Shown: positions 22,401 through 33,859 of the stretch, piece after piece | Layout: every line of letters begins with the position of its first letter | Position numbering within the stretch: position 1 is the stretch's first letter | Origin: Chiloscyllium plagiosum | Taxonomy: Eukaryota | NCBI RefSeq assembly: GCF_004010195.1 | Contig: NC_057758.1 | Location: forward strand, 5,327,850-5,389,728 | DNA: 61,879 nucleotides | Direction: 5' to 3' | Notes under the pieces: model-generated | The model's database searches: none | The model's input: only the letters and a program-made list of their open reading frames with translations | Told to the model about the DNA's origin: nothing | Position numbers and translations under genes: made by a program

Positions 22401-24315
22401 GGACGCTAAATGACTTCAAGGCCGAGATTGATAGATTCTTGTTGTCTAGAGGAATTAAGGGCTACGGGGAGAACGCTGGTAAGTGGAGCTGAAATGCGCA
22501 TCAGCCATGATTGATGGCGGAGTGGACTCGATGGGCCGAATTGCCTTACTTCCACTCCTATGTCTTATGGTCTTATGGTCTTATATAAGAAGCAAGCGGG
22601 TGACGAGAGAAAGGATTGGTCCAATAAACGATAATGTAGGAAGGCTGTGTGTCGAACCTGAGAGCATGGGTAAGACTCTGAATGATTACTTTGCATCGGC
22701 GTTCACCGAGGAGAGGAACATGATAAATGTTGAGATTAGAGATAGAAGTTTGATTATTCTGGATCACGTTGAAGTCAGTAGGGAAGATGTGTTGGGTAGG
22801 CTAGAGGTTGTTAATGTGGACCGATCCGCAGGACAGGATGGGATGTATCCCAGATTGCTCAGGGAGGCGGGAGAGGAAATAGCTGGAGCCCTGACAGATA
22901 TATTTGTGGCATCCTTAAATACAGGTGAGGTACGAGAGGATTGGAGGGTTGCTTAAGTAGTCCCCCTGCACAAGAAGTGTAGTAGGGATATTCCGAGTAA
23001 CTGCAAACCGGTGAGCTTGATTTCGGCGTAGGAAAGTTGCCGGAGAAGGTACTAAGTGATAGGATATATTTATATTTAGAAAAAATGGGCTTATCAGTGA
23101 TCGGCAACATGGTATTGCATGGGGAAGATCGTGTCTTACCAACTTAATAGAGTTCGTCGAGGAAGTGATGAAGTTGATAGGTGAAGGAAGGACTGTTGAT
23201 ATCATATACATGGACTTTAGTAAGGCGTTTGACGGCTTCCCCACGGTAGACTAATGGAGAAAGTGAAGTCATACGGAGTGCAGGGTGTTCTAGCTAGGTG
23301 GATAAATTACTGGTTGAGCAACAGGAGACAGACAGTAGTAGTTAAAGGGCGTTTATCGAAATGGAGAAAGATGACCAGTGGTGTTCGATAGGGGTCAGTA
23401 CTGGGGCCACCGTTGTTTGTAATATACCTAAATGATGTGGAAGAGGGCACTGTTGGTATGATCAGTAAGTTTGCAGATGACACAAAGATTGGTGGAGTAG
23501 CAGAAAACATAAGGGACTGTCAGAGAATACTGGATGATATAGATAGATGGAAAGTTGGGCGGAAAGGTGACAGATAGTTTGCAATCCAGACAAATGTGAG
23601 GTGATGCATTTCGGCAAGACTAATTCGAGAGCGAATTATACAATGAACGGAAGAGTCTTGGGAAAAGTTGATGGGCAGTGAGATCTGGGAGTGCATGTGC
23701 ATTGTACCCTGAAGGTTTCTGCACAGGTGGATACAGTGGTCAAGAAGGCAGCTAGTATGCTTGCCTTCATTGGACGGGGTATTGATTATTAGAGCTGACA
23801 AGTCATGATAAACTTGTGCAAGACGTTGGATAGGCCGCATTTAGAATGCTGTGCATAGATCTGGTCGCCATATTACCAAAAGGATGTGGACACTTTGGAG
23901 AGGGCACAGAGGTTTACGAGGTTCGGTTCATTTTCATTAGAAAAAAGGACATTGAGACTGGACCTGTTTGAGGTTTACAAAATCATGAAGCGTATAGACA
24001 GGGTTGATAGAGACAAACTTTTTCACAGGGTGAAGGATTCAATAACGAGAGGTCACGCTGTTAAGGTGGGAGGTGGAAAGTTTAAGGGGGATGCACGCAG
24101 CAAGTACTTCACACAGAGGGTGGTGGGCGTTTGGATCGCATTGCCAGCAGAGATGGTAGATGCAGCCACGGTAGATTCATTTGAGATGCGTGTGGATAAA
24201 TGCTTGAGTAGGTGGGGAGTAGAGGGATACAGATGCTTAGGAATTAACCAACAGGTTTAGACATTACGTTTTGATCGGCTCAGGCTTGGAGGGCCGAAGG
24301 GCCTGTTCCTGGGCT
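19456..24315 (+). mobile_element. Essentially full-length CR1 LINE (5'UTR, ORF1 about 19,798-20,745, ORF2 about 20,880-24,260), inactivated
   Basis: ORF1 zinc-finger/coiled-coil MAGALRPMACTS.LMWE...C.KCVQLQLL and SGNH-esterase IVIVDSIARG...VHIGTKD. ORF2 KCIYFHARSI, VVMGDFNFPNIDW, GRSCLTNL, YMDFSKAFD, KFADDTKIGG. 3' tail gggccgaagggcctgttcctgggct. Multiple stops. Confidence 0.93.
21932..22578 (+). mobile_element. Young 5'-truncated CR1 nested in the full-length CR1
   Basis: Intact 183-aa ORF2 C-terminus (LYKALVRPHLEYCVQFWS...RLRGDLIETYKI), (tcttatgg)n tail, TSD tcttata at 21,925-21,931 and 22,579-22,585. Confidence 0.95.
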
Positions 24316-24580
24316 TTAGATTAGATTCTCTGCAGTGTGGAAACAGGCCCTTTATCCCGACAAGTCAACACTGCCCATCCGAAGAGAAACCCATACGCCT
24401 ATCCTATATTTATCCTGACTAACGCACCTAAAACTGTGAGCAATTTAGCATGGCCATCTGCATATCGGAAAAGAAAACCCACGTCGGAAGAATGTGCACG
24501 GTCCACACAGACAGGCGGGCTGGAATTGAACCCAGACGCTGTCAGGCAGCCGCCCGAGCCACTGACCCATCGTGCCGCCC
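24316..24580 (-). mobile_element. HE1 V-SINE (older); rest of its (TCTAA)n tail lies at 19,440-19,455
   Basis: Reverse complement gggcggcacgatgggtcagtggctc...gggttcaattcc...gggcctgtttccacactgcagagaatctaatctaa. Confidence 0.85.
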
Positions 24581-25100
24581 TTTTAATTTCTCTTAGATTG
24601 ACTGGGCTAACCAGAGTGTAAAACTCCAACACAGTGTGGAATTTCTCAAAAGTATCCAAGGAAGGTACCTAAATCAAGATGTAGAAGGCCCTATTCCACT
24701 CAGACGGGATCAACAATGGACGCCCCCTTCGAAAACGAGGGCGGGCAAGTCTCATTTGGAGAGCAGTTTGGGTCCAGTACCCACAACTGCTCTAGTTTTA
24801 ACATAACTATGGATAGAAACAGGAGAAGCCCACAGGTTTAGGTGCGAAAGTGGAACAGGGCCAGGTTTGGGGCCATGAGGCACGATCTAGCAGAGGTCGA
24901 TTGGGTGAGTCTGTTTGAAGGAAAAGGAACGACTGGCAATTGGAAGTTTTTTTAAGTGTGTTATCAAGAATACAGTGTCAGTATGTCACTGTTCAGAGAG
25001 GGGAGTTGTGATAGGGGAATGCTGGCACGTTTCAGCATATCTGGCTGATGATGGGTGTTGACGCTCTGTTCAGGAAAAAGGAAAATGGCATACATTGACT
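24581..25100 (+). mobile_element. Old CR1, right part (continuation of 18,820-19,439)
   Basis: Resumes FNFS*IDWANQSVK directly after VVFVGDF. Confidence 0.75.
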
Positions 25101-25935
25101 TTAGCCTGTCCACGTAATCTCTACCAGACCTAAAGATATGATTAATCCTCTGCCGTACTCCCGATCTATAGAACTCACTCCAGTGCCTGTGGCTTTTTCG
25201 ATCCAGTTCCTACCAGAGTCACAGCCTGTGTAACATCCTGCAGTCGCTATCACCCACCCTGTCAATATAACCTCCTCCAGTCTCTCCTTCCATGTACTCA
25301 TCTCCATAACCTTATGTAGCTTTTACACTCCGATCTGTGTAAACCTGACCCTCCCCAACAACCTTCCCACTTTGACCAAACATGAGGAGGTTAATAATTC
25401 TCCCTGACTTGCGAAAATGTCTCCAACCAAGATTACTGTCGTTACTTCCTGCAAAATCTGTCAGACGCCACACCCTCCATACCTAAATAACCTGCAGAAC
25501 CTAAGCCTTCTGATATCTATGAACATCTTCCGTCATGTGTGCCTCCAATATATTTGTTCGTTCTTCCAGTCTGTGTAACCTAGGTAATATCTATAATCTG
25601 CTCCATTCCCGAACCAATCCCTGTCTGTGTAAACCAGACTTGTCCTCCCAACGTCTGTATCCCTTCAAACCGCTCCATCCCTCACAACCTCCCTTGGTCC
25701 ATGAACTCATGTTGACCCAACAGCTCTCCACATTCCTGCACCCTCCTGTGGCTCTGTGGTCCTCCCCCATGTGAAACCACCTCCTAATCTGGGTCGTCTG
25801 CTCCAGTTCAGACTATTGCTGCCTCTGTTACTCCTGAAAATCGTAGCAACTCTTACTATTTTTGTCTCTTCATTCAGATCTCATACTGTCGAAATTACCA
25901 AAATCCCTTCCTGCCATTGTAACCCTCCCTATATT
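25100..25935 (+). repeat. Degenerate C/T-rich minisatellite (about 36-37 bp, ccctatctctgtaacctcctccagtccctacaaccct-like); resumes at 26,620-26,880
   Basis: Recurrent taacctcctccag, ctgtgtaaacct and acaacct motifs; strong pyrimidine skew. Confidence 0.65.
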
Positions 25936-25939
25936 AAAC

Positions 25940-26620
25940 ATAGAACGGTATAGCACAGTACAGGCTATTTGGCGTTTACCCTACTCTAACATGAAACAAA
26001 CCTACATCGCCTTCCTCTAAACATCACCCATGTGCCTATTCAAGAGTTGCTGAATTGTCCCTAATGTATCTGACTCGACTACCACTGCTGGCAGTGGTTT
26101 CCATGCATTGGAATAAAGCAGCTACATCTGACATCTCAGCTGGACCCTCCTCCATTCAGCTTAAAAACATGCCCCATTATGCTAAGCATTACAGCCATGG
26201 GATAAAATATCTGGCTATCCACTATATCTATGCCTCTCATCATCTCGAACACATCCATCAAGTCGCCAGTCTTCCTTATTCGCTTCAATGAGAAAAGCCC
26301 GAGCTCCTTCAGTCTTTCTTCATAAGACATGCCCTCCGGGCCAGGTGGCATCCTGTAAATGTTCTCTAAAACCTCTTGCAAGCTTAGCATTCTTTCTATA
26401 ATGAGCCGACGAGAACTGAACACAATGTGGTCTAACCAGGACTCTATAGAGCTGCGGCATAAACTCACAGTTCTTAAACACACTCCCCCGCTAATGAAAG
26501 CCAGCCCATCATCTGACTTCTTAGCAGCCCTGTCAAAGTTGGTGACAAATTTGAGGGATATATAGACATGGACCACAAGTTAATTCTGGTCCTCCACGGT
26601 GACAAGAATCCTGCCTTTCA
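25940..26620 (-). mobile_element. CR1 3' end inserted in the minisatellite
   Basis: MSYEERLKELGLFSLKRIRKTGDLMDVFEMMRGID; tail cctgtactgtgctataccgttctatg. Confidence 0.85.
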
Positions 26621-27242
26621 CCCTGTCAAGGATTTCTGCAGTATCCTTCAATCTTAAACCCTCCTTATTTGGTAGATTCCTCCAGTCCCTACAACCTTCA
26701 TACAGTGTGAAGCCTCTTCAGGTCCCTACAATCCTCGTTAGCTTAGTTACCTCCTTTATTACCATCAACCTTCAAAATTACAGAAGCTTTTTTGCCACTG
26801 CAATATTCATAATATCTACAAAACCCACCCATACTGAAAGCCCTTCCTATGGCTGTAAACCCCACCATACTCCTGTGCACGTTTTGGGAATATTGCAGAG
26901 GAAGGAAGAGTTATCGAGTCCGAGCCAAACACAGAGGTATGAACAGCTTCAGAATCTGGAGAATGGTACTAATGTAGGAAGGGGCGTGCATCTATCAGGC
27001 GGTTAGAGGTAGCGGGTTTCATAAAACCTGCAGAATAGGACCAATAATCGTTTGTGGATCATGAACGATATTAGAATCTGACCCACAGATCTTGTTTGAT
27101 CGGATCATTGGACCGATCTTAATGACTTAATTCTGGACGTGTTTACGAGAATGGGCGAGCACAGCTTCAGATTCCCAGACTGGGAGATATAAGTTCAGAT
27201 GTGGATCTATTTATCCATTCTGTCTGTGTATCTGTCACTTAC

Positions 27243-27294
27243 CTGGCGTTACTCTGATAGAAAGCTCTCTCCGAACGTCTTGTGACTTCCATAA
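27243..27294 (-). pseudogene. Candidate exon (52 nt); paralog 59,666-59,717(+) has a damaged donor
   Basis: Acceptor ctctggtctgtcttgtag and perfect donor CAG|gtaagt; LWKSQDVRRELSIRVTP. Confidence 0.35.
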
Positions 27295-27456
27295 CTACAA
27301 GACAGACCAGAGTTCTCCTCGTCCAAGCCTTTTTTGGAATGCTCTTCATTTTAAATATTTTAAACTGTCAATTTCGCGAGATGCAGGAATTCAGGAGATA
27401 CATTTTGAGAGAAGGAAACGTTTATCATTCACCCTGACACATGCAGTATCATTTCG

Positions 27457-27622
27457 TCAATTCTGTTGTTTTGTGCAGATTATCACTCCGAGGATTGTAT
27501 AACCAGGGAATCTGCATTTAGATATTCTTTGCTTGGTAGATTGGGCCTTGACCACCAGGAACTGGGAAACCACATGCTGCTTGTAGGTGGGGCTTGGCAC
27601 CAGACTGGATGAGAGCAGTGCA
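27457..27622 (-). pseudogene. Candidate exon; paralog starts 59,337(+)
   Basis: Acceptor cctgttatttactcag in both copies; same frame open in both (ALLSSSLVPSPTYKQHVVSQFLV...GYTILGVIICTKQQN). Confidence 0.3.
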
Positions 27623-28099
27623 CTGAGTAAATAACAGGTTCCGAACTTGGGATCTCCCTGCTGTTTGGCATTGTGCCATATCTTAATATCCCTCTTAAGC
27701 GTGAGCGTATAATGTTCCACACTCACTGTAATCCCTTCCAGCTGTTGAACATCTCCCTTCACTCGAACTACTTCCAGCCCTTACAAACTGGCTTTCGTCT
27801 CGTCTCTACTGCAGTCCCTCCCGACCTTGTTCTTTTTTATCAGAACGCATTGCTCTGAGTGGAACGAAACCTCAAGTATGTTTGTGCCAGTGAAAACAAG
27901 ATAACTCCCTCATTCTCCCTGTTGGTGTTACAAAGTCTCCTTATTTATCTCTCATCCACAAGGGAAAGGAAACATCAGTTAAGCATCCAACCTGTCCATT
28001 CTCCTGAGAATCTTTATATTTTAATGAGAACAACAGTCCATCTGATGACCATTATCAGTATAACATCGAAGTGACATGCTGATATCACTCTATTTTCTG

Positions 28100-29700
28100 C
28101 AAACGCTACTTGTTGCTCTATCCCTCCCTAATTCTGAAATCTTCCCCAGTCTGAACAGTACTCCAAACCGCTAATTACTGGTAATGCCCCAAGCCTTGTT
28201 ACCCCTGAAAATTCCTTATATTCCTATAATCCTCCTTGTCTATGGGAACCACTCGAGCTTCTAAAGTCCTCCCAATTCATTGTATATCCGATAGCCCACA
28301 CCACCACTGCATTCTCTCGTCGTTACATTTCTCCCTCTCTGCTCTGCCCCTTCAAGTCTCCTATCCCTGGCAGGTCCTATAGTTCCAAACAACATCCTTC
28401 TCACATGAATATCAACTAGAGACGACAGCGCTCCATGTCTCTGTGATCCCTTACGGTTCTCTCTATCTCTGTTCCCACCTTCCGTCCTAACAACCCTGCT
28501 TGCATGAACAATATCATCAAGTCCCTACAACTCTCCTGATCTGTCGAGCCTCCAGTAGACCTTAGAACTCTCTTTGCTATCTCTGTTCCTGCCTGCAGAG
28601 ATTTCAAACCTGCCCAATTCTATAACATCTCCTGTCGCTGTGCCCGTCCCTATCATAGTGAGCAGCTTCAATCCCCACAATCTTCCCCGCCTGTGTACAT
28701 CATCAGGTTGGTAGAACTCTCCTCATTTCTGTAGTGTCCTGCAATCCCAAGAATCCTCCATATATCTCTCAATTTTTCCTTTCACTAGTGCTCGCCATAT
28801 CTGTGTAAATCCTTTCAGTAAGTACTTCGCCCAATACCATGTTGCCACCCTCAAACCCTAGAGCCATCGTAATTTGTATAACTTCCCACAGACACCGTAC
28901 TCCAAATTTCTGACACTTGCTCTCACCAGCGCAACCCTCCGCACATTTTAACACTATTCAGTTTTTAAAACTGTCCCTATCAGTGTAATCCCCTCCAGTT
29001 CCTACAGTTCTTCCGAGCTGCATAACCGTTTAAATCCCAAAAACACTCCCTATCCGTGTAAACTCCTTCAGTTGCTGCATATCTCGCTATCAACGTAACA
29101 TCTCTAAGGCCATTATATCTTCCATTTGACTGTAAAAATCTCCTTGTAGCCCATCCTAGTCTTCCACAACCCTCTTATGACTGTACCCTTCTCCACTCTC
29201 AACAAGCCTTCATATCCCTATCACATCTTCCAGCATGCATAATACTCACTCTCTCTGAAATATCTCCCAGTGCATAAATCATTTCTCTTTCCCTGACTTT
29301 CTCTAGTCCATACCATAGTCCGTACAACCCACGCTGTCCCTGTAATATTATCCAGTCCATATCACTCTCCCTATGCATGTAACATTCCCCAATCAATACC
29401 ACACTTGTTATCACTGAATATTCTCCAGACACCACAACTCATGTTATAATGTACCCCATCCCAGCCGCCTCCGAATGTTTCGACACCATGATCAATATCG
29501 TCCTTGTAACGATCCACAGCCCTACACTCATCCCTTTCTCTGGAATGTAATCCAGGACGCTCTATCTGTGGAAGTTCCTCCAATGTAAAAAAACCCTTTA
29601 TCCCGTTATTATTCTTTCGTATCTTTAACCTTGCAACATCCTTGAACCCCTGAACATCTCTCGAACACTGTAACCACTGCCTATTCCTTTAACCCCGACT
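28100..29700 (+). repeat. Degenerate 36-37 bp minisatellite block (paralog 57,160-58,830, opposite strand)
   Basis: Same motif family; 37-bp periodicity is visible in the paralog at 57,440-57,590 (gactggagaatgttacagggataggga). Confidence 0.7.
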
Positions 29701-29739
29701 CTCACTAAGACACTCTGCGCATTTTAACAAGGCAGTTGG

Positions 29740-31550
29740 AAGGACAACCTGAACTGAAGTGCTCAGACATGATTGAAATGTCATTATGGAGTTATGGGTC
29801 AGAATGTCAATGACTGGGAGGCGAACATTCAACGGTTGTCAGGGTTTAGAATAATTTTGGGTCGATTTGAGAAGCCGCAAGGGACGGCAACCATGAGAAG
29901 GAATTATTTTCTAGACACCAGAGTGTGATGGTAATGTAAATATGGTTACAGTCAGGAAACTCAATGTGATTGTAACAAGGACAGTACAGTAACTGTGTGT
30001 GACAGTAGTCTCCATCCCGACAAGATAAATATTGAATATTAGGATTTAATGGATAGAAACGTGGATTGTATGAGAGATGGTTTTCTGTAATAACATGTCA
30101 AGGAACAAGGAAAGCGTGTTTAAATGGTCATTGGAAAGACATATGACCTTAGATCCAATAGTGTAGGTTAGAGCGGCTTTAGATTACTTTCATATGTCGA
30201 CACAACGTCGAGGGATGAAGAGCCTGTACTATGCTCTATTGTTTCATATTCTACTGAGAAATCGCAAATGGAAATTCATCGGGAAAATTGTGAGATGATA
30301 CATTTTGAAAGTCAAATGCAAGAGAAAATTTCACTAAAAATGACCGGAGCTTTGGAAACAGTAATATACAGATGGAACTTCAATCCAAATCCATAGCTCC
30401 CTGAAAATAACACCACAGCAGGATGTGGTGACAATGAAAGAGTATGTCATGATTTCCTTCAGTGTTCGCAGCATTGAGTTTCGATGTTTGCATACCATGT
30501 TGTAACCGAATAAAACTTCAGATCGACCATGTTTGGAATGCTATGTGCTGTTCTCGTCACCATACCATGGGAAGGATGTGGAGGCTTTGACCGCGTGCAA
30601 TAATTTACCAGCTTGTTTCCTGAATGTAAATGTGTTAACTATAATGAGTGTTTGGACCTAGTTGGATTGTTTTGCGGGAGTGTCGGAGGCTGAGAGGCGA
30701 CCACGTACTGGTAAATTGTATTAGGGAAGGCATGGATATTGTAGATAGTCGGAATCTATTTTGCAACGTGAAAATGTTAAACACTAGGTTGCTCGGTTTC
30801 AGGTGAGAGTGAGAAATTTCAAGTGAGATGAATGAGGCAAGGTTTTTATTTCCAGTATGGGTAGAATCTACTCAGAAGGCGGTCGAAGTGGAAATGTGAG
30901 CAACGTTTTGAAGTGGCATTTGGACAGAAACATGAATAGGCAGAGAATAGAGGGGGATGGACCATGGAAAAAAATACTGCAGATGCTGGATACCAGAGTT
31001 TATGCTGGAGTGGTGCTGGAAAAGCACAGCAGTACAGGCAACATTCGAGGAGCAGTAAAATCAACGTTTCAGGCAAAACCCCTTCATCAGTAACCAAAGG
31101 TGTGCCACCAGATTCGGTTCTGGGTCTATTGTTCTGTATCATTTATATCAACACTTTGGTTGAGAATAAAGCAGTCATAGTTACGAAGTTTGTGAATGAC
31201 ACTGAATGTGTTTGGAAAATGGACATTGAAAACGGTTATGTAAGAGTACAATGAGGTCATTGGTACAGCTGGACCAGAAGGTTGAAGAATAGCAGGTGGG
31301 GAAATGCACGATGCTTTATTTTTATTTGGCAAACCGGGGCAGTGCTTGTACAGATAATATTCGGGCCCTGGGTAATGTTGAGCAAACAGAGAGACCTAAG
31401 GGTGCAGGTACACAGTTCTTTGAAGGTTGCGTCACATTTGCACAGATTGTTGATGAGGGAATTTGGACTGCCTGCCTTCATGGATCAGAGCATTGAGAAT
31501 AGGAATTTGGACGTCATGTTCTCGCTGTACAGGACAATATTGTGGCCACC
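29740..31550 (+). mobile_element. Degenerate CR1 fragments
   Basis: VTKGVPPDSVLGLLFCIIYIN...TKFVNDT; QRDLRVQVHSSLKVASH; CR1 tail at about 30,200-30,250. Confidence 0.75.
30970..31090 (-). mobile_element. Penelope pLTR end with intact minimal hammerhead-like core
   Basis: Minus strand CTGATGA-AGG-ggttttg-CCT-GAAAC-GTT then gattttactgctcctcgaatg...gctgtgcttttccagcaccac. Confidence 0.75.
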
Positions 31551-31762
31551 ATAAAAGCATTGTTGATAATCTGTAAAAACTCAACTGGTTCACGTATGTC
31601 AATTAGTGAAGAATATCTGACATTCTTCACTGGTCTCATCTACATGTGACTCCAGGGCCACAGCAATATGGCTGACTCTGAGACGCCTCCGGGCAATTAG
31701 CAGGGGGGAATGCATGCTGGTCCAATCGGTGACATGCTCATCCCATGAATGAATAAATAAAA
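31545..31762 (+). mobile_element. DeuSINE (SacSINE1-like) 3' half; paralog 55,245-55,465(-)
   Basis: aaaactcaactggttcac...ctacatgtgactccag..ccacagcaatatggctgactct...gggcaattag...catcccatgaatgaataaa. Confidence 0.7.
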
Positions 31763-31859
31763 CGACATATGTCGCACCCCCCATCCACCCCCCCCCCCCC
31801 CCCACCCCAACCACCACCACCACCGGCCTCTGCAAATGCCTCCAACTGCAGCAATTCAA

Positions 31860-32620
31860 ACTGGCTCGGGAAAAGTTTTTAGTCCCTTGTTGCTCTCGGT
31901 AGCAATCTCAGAACCTCTAGAATCTTCAAGTCACCCTGTTCCTAATATCTCATTAAAATCTGACAATGTTTCCTCTTCCTGTTCCACTCTTCCTGTTCGG
32001 AGACTCTTTGCGATCCAATTAACAAATATTCCCATTGCTCTAAAACATTGGTTTCTTCAGAATTGTTGTTTTTTTTTGTCTTCTCAGCATCCCTTAATCA
32101 AATCAGATCCTTCATCCCTTCGTGAATTGCAAGTAGGAATGTCTTGCTGAGGTTTTTCTCCTTTTATTCAATGTTTTACACAGTTCCTGAAAACAATTTC
32201 CACTGTTCATTTAAAGTCATACCTTTCAGTCTGTTTAACTTGTTTACCTTGTTCAGTTCTCATCTCAAACCCCTTCAAATGGCTTTGTTTCTGATTGTCG
32301 TGTGTGCTTTATGGTCAATTTAAAATTTCATAATCACTATTAATTGCAATATTTTACAGTTTCCCGGAGGATTTCTCCATGTGACATTACTCGTTCACTC
32401 AGCTACATCACCCAACGGTCGATCTTAGAGAGTTACATCCCGAAACATTTGCACAACATGTTATTCAAAGAAACACTGACAAAACCATTCTCCGAGCTCC
32501 GACTTGAATATCAGTCCCGCCAGTGTGATATTCCCAATCATATAAAGATTGAAGCTTCCCAAAATTCTCACGATGTGTTTGAACAGCTTTTCTCATGCTT
32601 GTATTTTGTACATGGTACTC
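31860..32620 (-). mobile_element. Degenerate CR1 ORF2 fragment; paralog about 54,480-55,200(+)
   Basis: ctgagtgaacgagtaatgtcacatggagaaatcc (VGEHL..SDH region); paralog gagactttaattt (GDFNF). Confidence 0.55.
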
Positions 32621-33169
32621 AGAATCTGGATTCAGGCTGACTCCACTGCATAATCGGAGGTCAAATGCTTATTTCTATCATGCCTTTGTTGACCATTACT
32701 GTCATGTTTACCTATCCCGCTTTCCAATTTTTCCAGAGGCCCTGCAAGGTTGTTTATTGTTGAATATTTAGGTTCTACCTACTTTTCGCCCCGTAACCAC
32801 GTCTGTCTAGTGTTGAATCGATTGTATCTCTGTACCACAAGTCCATGCATGGTATTGCAGATAATTTGTCTGTTCCATGAAAGAACATTGCAATTTAGGT
32901 TTCCCAACAATTTCCTGCCACAACCTATTCCCTAATGTACAGTTTTAGTGAAACTCTGTCCCCTCCTGTTTCTTCCTTCCTGTTTATCTTCAGTTACATC
33001 ACCATGTTGTTCCGATGCATCACTTTTTCTCTTTGGATTTGGGAAGATCCTTTCACCTGAACCCTATCCCTGCATCCTCTCGATCAGTTTAAAGCCCTGT
33101 CCTTAAACCTACTGCAATGATTGGACAGGACAGGTGTGCTAGCACGTTTCCTCGGGGCCCAGTGCAATG

Positions 33170-33400
33170 GGACCTTTTCTTATTCACTGGTAAGATACAG
33201 GCGTTTCTGGCTGCCCAGAATTTCATGCCCTCCCCCAGCTGCCCTTGCACTGAGTGATTTGCTCGTCCATTTCAGATGGCAGTTGAAAGTCAACCCCATT
33301 GCTCGTGTTCTGGAGTCATATGCAGGCCTGAGCGCTGCCTATAACACATTTCCTTCCTTAAATGATATTAAGCAGTCAGATATGTATCCCTGACACTGGC
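33170..33400 (-). mobile_element. DeuSINE (SacSINE1-like) 3' half; paralog 53,595-53,820(+)
   Basis: Paralog reads ggcctgcatatgactccagagccagagcaatggggttga...ctgaaatggacgagcaagccactcag. Confidence 0.7.
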
Positions 33401-33581
33401 ATTAAATGCTCGATAAACAATCTCGTGAGAATGATACTTGGCTATTATTTGTTCCACTCATAACTCACTCATCCCTGAATACTGAGGATCAAAACCCTTT
33501 CAGCGTGATCACTGTTTTAACCTGATATATTCCTGAACTCAGGTGATATCGTTCAGTATCTCTCCATGTGGTGTCCCTCAC

Positions 33582-33717
33582 TCTGTGAGCTTAGTTAATG
33601 CCTCTGTCAATGCCTCTAGCTCTTGCAACCACTCCAGATCTCGAGACAGCTGAACTCTCCACTCCAGAGAGGCAGGACTGCACAGTCCAGGAATGGAGAC
33701 TGCGAATTTCCAGACAT
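33582..33717 (-). pseudogene. Candidate exon (136 nt); paralog 53,261-53,396(+) has an in-frame TAG
   Basis: Acceptor gtccctcag and donor gtgagg in both copies; VWKFAVSIPGLCSPASLEWRVQLSRDLEWLQELEALTEALTKLT. Confidence 0.3.
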
Positions 33718-33859
33718 CTGAGGGACTGAGTATCATTTTCTCTGTGTAAACCTCGTTGCAATAATCAACTTTCCGATTCGATCTTTTCTCTGTCTACCAT
33801 AAGTGCTTGGGAAGTTTCTGAACTCAATAAACATTGTGTTTTATCAAAGTCACAGTAAA

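Noticed and set aside
31776..31825. C-rich run (potential G-quadruplex on the minus strand)
   Set aside because: Simple homopolymer/(CCA)n expansion beside a SINE tail, shorter in the paralog; no evidence of function.
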